The notes beneath the pieces were generated by a model, which did no database searches, had not been told where the DNA came from, and worked only from the letters and a program-made list of their open reading frames with translations. 64,000 nucleotides of DNA, taken from positions 48,104 through 112,103 of the IMG/VR virus record IMGVR_UViG_2518645549_000001. One strand, 5' to 3'. Positions 62,124 through 64,000 of this stretch are shown in pieces. Positions within the stretch are counted from its first letter, which is position 1. The number at the start of each line of letters is the position of its first letter. Origin of the DNA: a virus. Its lineage: Duplodnaviria > Caudoviricetes. The position numbers were made by a program, and so were the translations under genes.

Positions 62124-62285
62124 TGCTGTCTAAAACTGCTCGAAAGCTTCTCGGTTTTACTGGGTGAAAGTCGCTGAAACTGGACGAACCATATTAGACA
62201 GGTCGGATGCGCAGGCCGCTTGTGGCGCGGCCTAAGCGTCGAATCTCACGATACTGCTGCAGTACTGGGTTCAGCATGCAAAGCT

Positions 62286-62738
62286 TCATGTTTCTCGTAT
62301 CCCTCTGCAGCGCGGATAAGTTGAGCACCCTTTGAAAGTACTACCGGAGTATCGCCCTTTCTTTGCGGTTCGGATGCGCATCGTGCTACCACAGAGTGGA
62401 CAAAGGCCCAGTTCACCCCATTTTTCACGAGAAGGCCTGTTAACAGCGATGGAAGTGGGCTCGAGCGGCGGCGTACCTGCCGAGGGCCGAGGAGTCAGTG
62501 ATACCGACTTACTCCCGATGGGACCAGGCTTGCGACCGAATAATTTGCTGAAGCCCCATATGGCTCCCCAAACAGCAGCAATAAATAGCAGCACGCCCAT
62601 TCCACCTGAGCCACTCCCTCGACCGCCCCCACGCGATCGTCCGCCGCCCCGCCCACCACCTCGAGCGGCCGCTCGGTCACTTACCAAAGCCACGGTCAAC
62701 AATAGGAGCGCGCGGCGCGAGAACTCATTTCGATCCAT
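62286..62738 (-). CDS. Membrane protein with a C-terminal topoisomerase-type C4 Zn ribbon
   Basis: CPLCGSTM..R..K.G..F.GCSTYPRC; Gly/Arg tract; TM helix. Confidence 0.75.
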   Translation of the reverse strand: MDRNEFSRRALLLLTVALVSDRAAARGGGRGGGRSRGGGRGSGSGGMGVLLFIAAVWGAIWGFSKLFGRKPGPIGSKSVSLTPRPSAGTPPLEPTSIAVNRPSREKWGELGLCPLCGSTMRIRTAKKGRYSGSTFKGCSTYPRCRGIRET

Positions 62739-62974
62739 CGTGAGATACCAAGCTGATATTGGCTAAGCGCCATCATCTTAGATTGGCCCCCACTCCCGCA
62801 ATGTAGAAAGTGTCCGGCAGACCTCACCGTTTCGGGCGATAGCTGGGGTGGCTGAAAATCAATTCCGCAACTGACTCCATACCCCTTGATTTTCTTGGCT
62901 TACAGCGTGATTAAAATTGCTTGAATGCGGAATCGAAATGTCTGTAAGTTACTGAAAAAAAAGGAAATGCAGCT

Positions 62975-63066
62975 CGGATTGCAAATCCGTCTACGCCGGT
63001 TCGATTCCGACCTCGGCCTCCACCATTCGAAAGCCCCGCAGATTAACGTCTGCGGGGTTTTTCTTT
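62975..63066 (+). repeat. Right att core: 92-bp direct repeat
   Basis: Identical to 2365-2456. Confidence 0.95.
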
Positions 63067-63367
63067 ATGGGTCCAAAAACGCCACGAGTTCGGTAACTTT
63101 TGGCATGGAGTTCCGAAATCTCTTGGCCAACCTTGAGTCGCGGTCCTGCGCGATCAGGGCCGGCGTGCTGGGGGTCATTATGTCTAGTCAAACACTGAGC
63201 GCAGCTGCTTGAGCTCTTAGATGTTGGTGGAGGACCAGCTTGCGCTCGTCGTGCTGTTGTTCGGTCATTTCGTGGTTCTTGCGTGCAGGCGCCGCCCTTG
63301 CCGGGAACGCGTTATCGTTGAATTAGAGGTGATATGCTTCGCCGCTTACCAAACAGGGAGGGTGGTA

Positions 63368-63565
63368 ATGAAACTGCGGGAGAGGCACAAGGCGTTTCAG
63401 GAATGGTTCACGCCGAGGCGGCGTAGGCGAGCGGGCGGAACCTTACTCGCCATCTGGGCTGTCGGCATCTTCATCTACCCTGGCCAGCACTGGATCTATG
63501 TATTGACGCCAGGAGTCATGTGGTTCTTCAGCGCTTGGCCGCCCGAGTTTCACGACAAGCGTTGA
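63368..63565 (+). CDS. 65-aa two-TM membrane protein outside the att site
   Basis: Homolog of 10165-10362 with the same upstream element. Confidence 0.75.
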   Translation: MKLRERHKAFQEWFTPRRRRRAGGTLLAIWAVGIFIYPGQHWIYVLTPGVMWFFSAWPPEFHDKR

Positions 63566-63700
63566 GTCTTTGGCGGGGCTGCTGAATAGCCGATTGTCCG
63601 ATTCAGCTCACAGATGAGTCAGACGAATTTGCGTAAAACTGCACGTTCGCTATGGTGGCAATAAACCACCTGACTACAACTAAAGTCGTAGGAGCGCCTC

Positions 63701-64000
63701 ATGAGAATACGCGGTGATGTTTTCTGGGCCTGGGCTGACCCGACGCTTCATCACCGAACTCACGACGAGACACTCGACGATGGGACATACATTGATGTTC
63801 AGACGCGGCTGTCGCGGACAGGCAAAACGCAGATGTTCATCGGGGTGTACGCCCCTGGTGGCATGGCTATCCTTGAAGAGGCCTTCGATTCTCGCCCTGG
63901 CGAGTCGATGACCCGGGCGCTGGCGTGGGGCGTTGGCCGGGCCCGACGTGTCGCCGCTGAAGGTGCGCCTGCTGCGGGCTTTATGGCTGCCTCGAAATAG
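63701..64000 (+). CDS. Hypothetical protein
   Basis: AGGAG RBS; 99-aa complete ORF. Confidence 0.7.
   Translation: MRIRGDVFWAWADPTLHHRTHDETLDDGTYIDVQTRLSRTGKTQMFIGVYAPGGMAILEEAFDSRPGESMTRALAWGVGRARRVAAEGAPAAGFMAASK

Larger units (their letters stand above)
2365..63066. mobile_element. Lambdoid siphovirus-like prophage, about 60.7 kb, at a tRNA-Cys att site
   Basis: Flanking 92-bp repeats, adjacent integrase, full set of immunity, replication, head, tail and lysis genes. Confidence 0.95.

Noticed and set aside
62925-63212. ORFs overlapping the right att
   Set aside because: They run across the tRNA fragment and terminator; likely spurious.

Overview
The window is almost entirely one lambdoid/siphovirus-type prophage of about 60.7 kb (2365-63066), most likely in a Pseudomonas host given GC content and gene repertoire. 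It is bounded by identical 92-bp direct repeats made of the 3' part of tRNA-Cys(GCA) plus a terminator. Neither copy has an intact tRNA 5' half. The left flank (1-2364) is the lysis end of a second prophage (heparinase II/III-like moron, lambda-type endolysin, Rz/Rz1), so this looks like a tandem prophage array; the right flank holds a relic of a related early operon. Gene order: int/xis; leftward early operon (ParB-like, NinX-like, C5 methyltransferase with a nested out-of-frame beta-subunit ORF, PAPS-reductase-like, moron cluster, AbiV-like HEPN, exonuclease, ERF); immunity region (WaaZ-like glycosyltransferase moron, cI, cro, five 15-bp operators); replication; nin; Q; a structured late-leader RNA and degenerate tRNA-Gly; holins; Acb2 and an Ntn hydrolase; head and tail; a 2.9-kaa mosaic tail-tip protein; lipoprotein morons; endolysin/spanins; an O-acyltransferase; and a LexA-box operon. 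Structural, replication and lysis ORFs appear intact, while int, acb2, the HEPN gene and several small genes carry single nonsense or frameshift lesions. The best candidates for undescribed biology are three structured non-coding leaders, the repeated promoter and terminator-RBS seams at which morons sit, the Acb2/Ntn-hydrolase locus and the modular tail tip. All family calls come from motif recognition by eye; no database searches were run.
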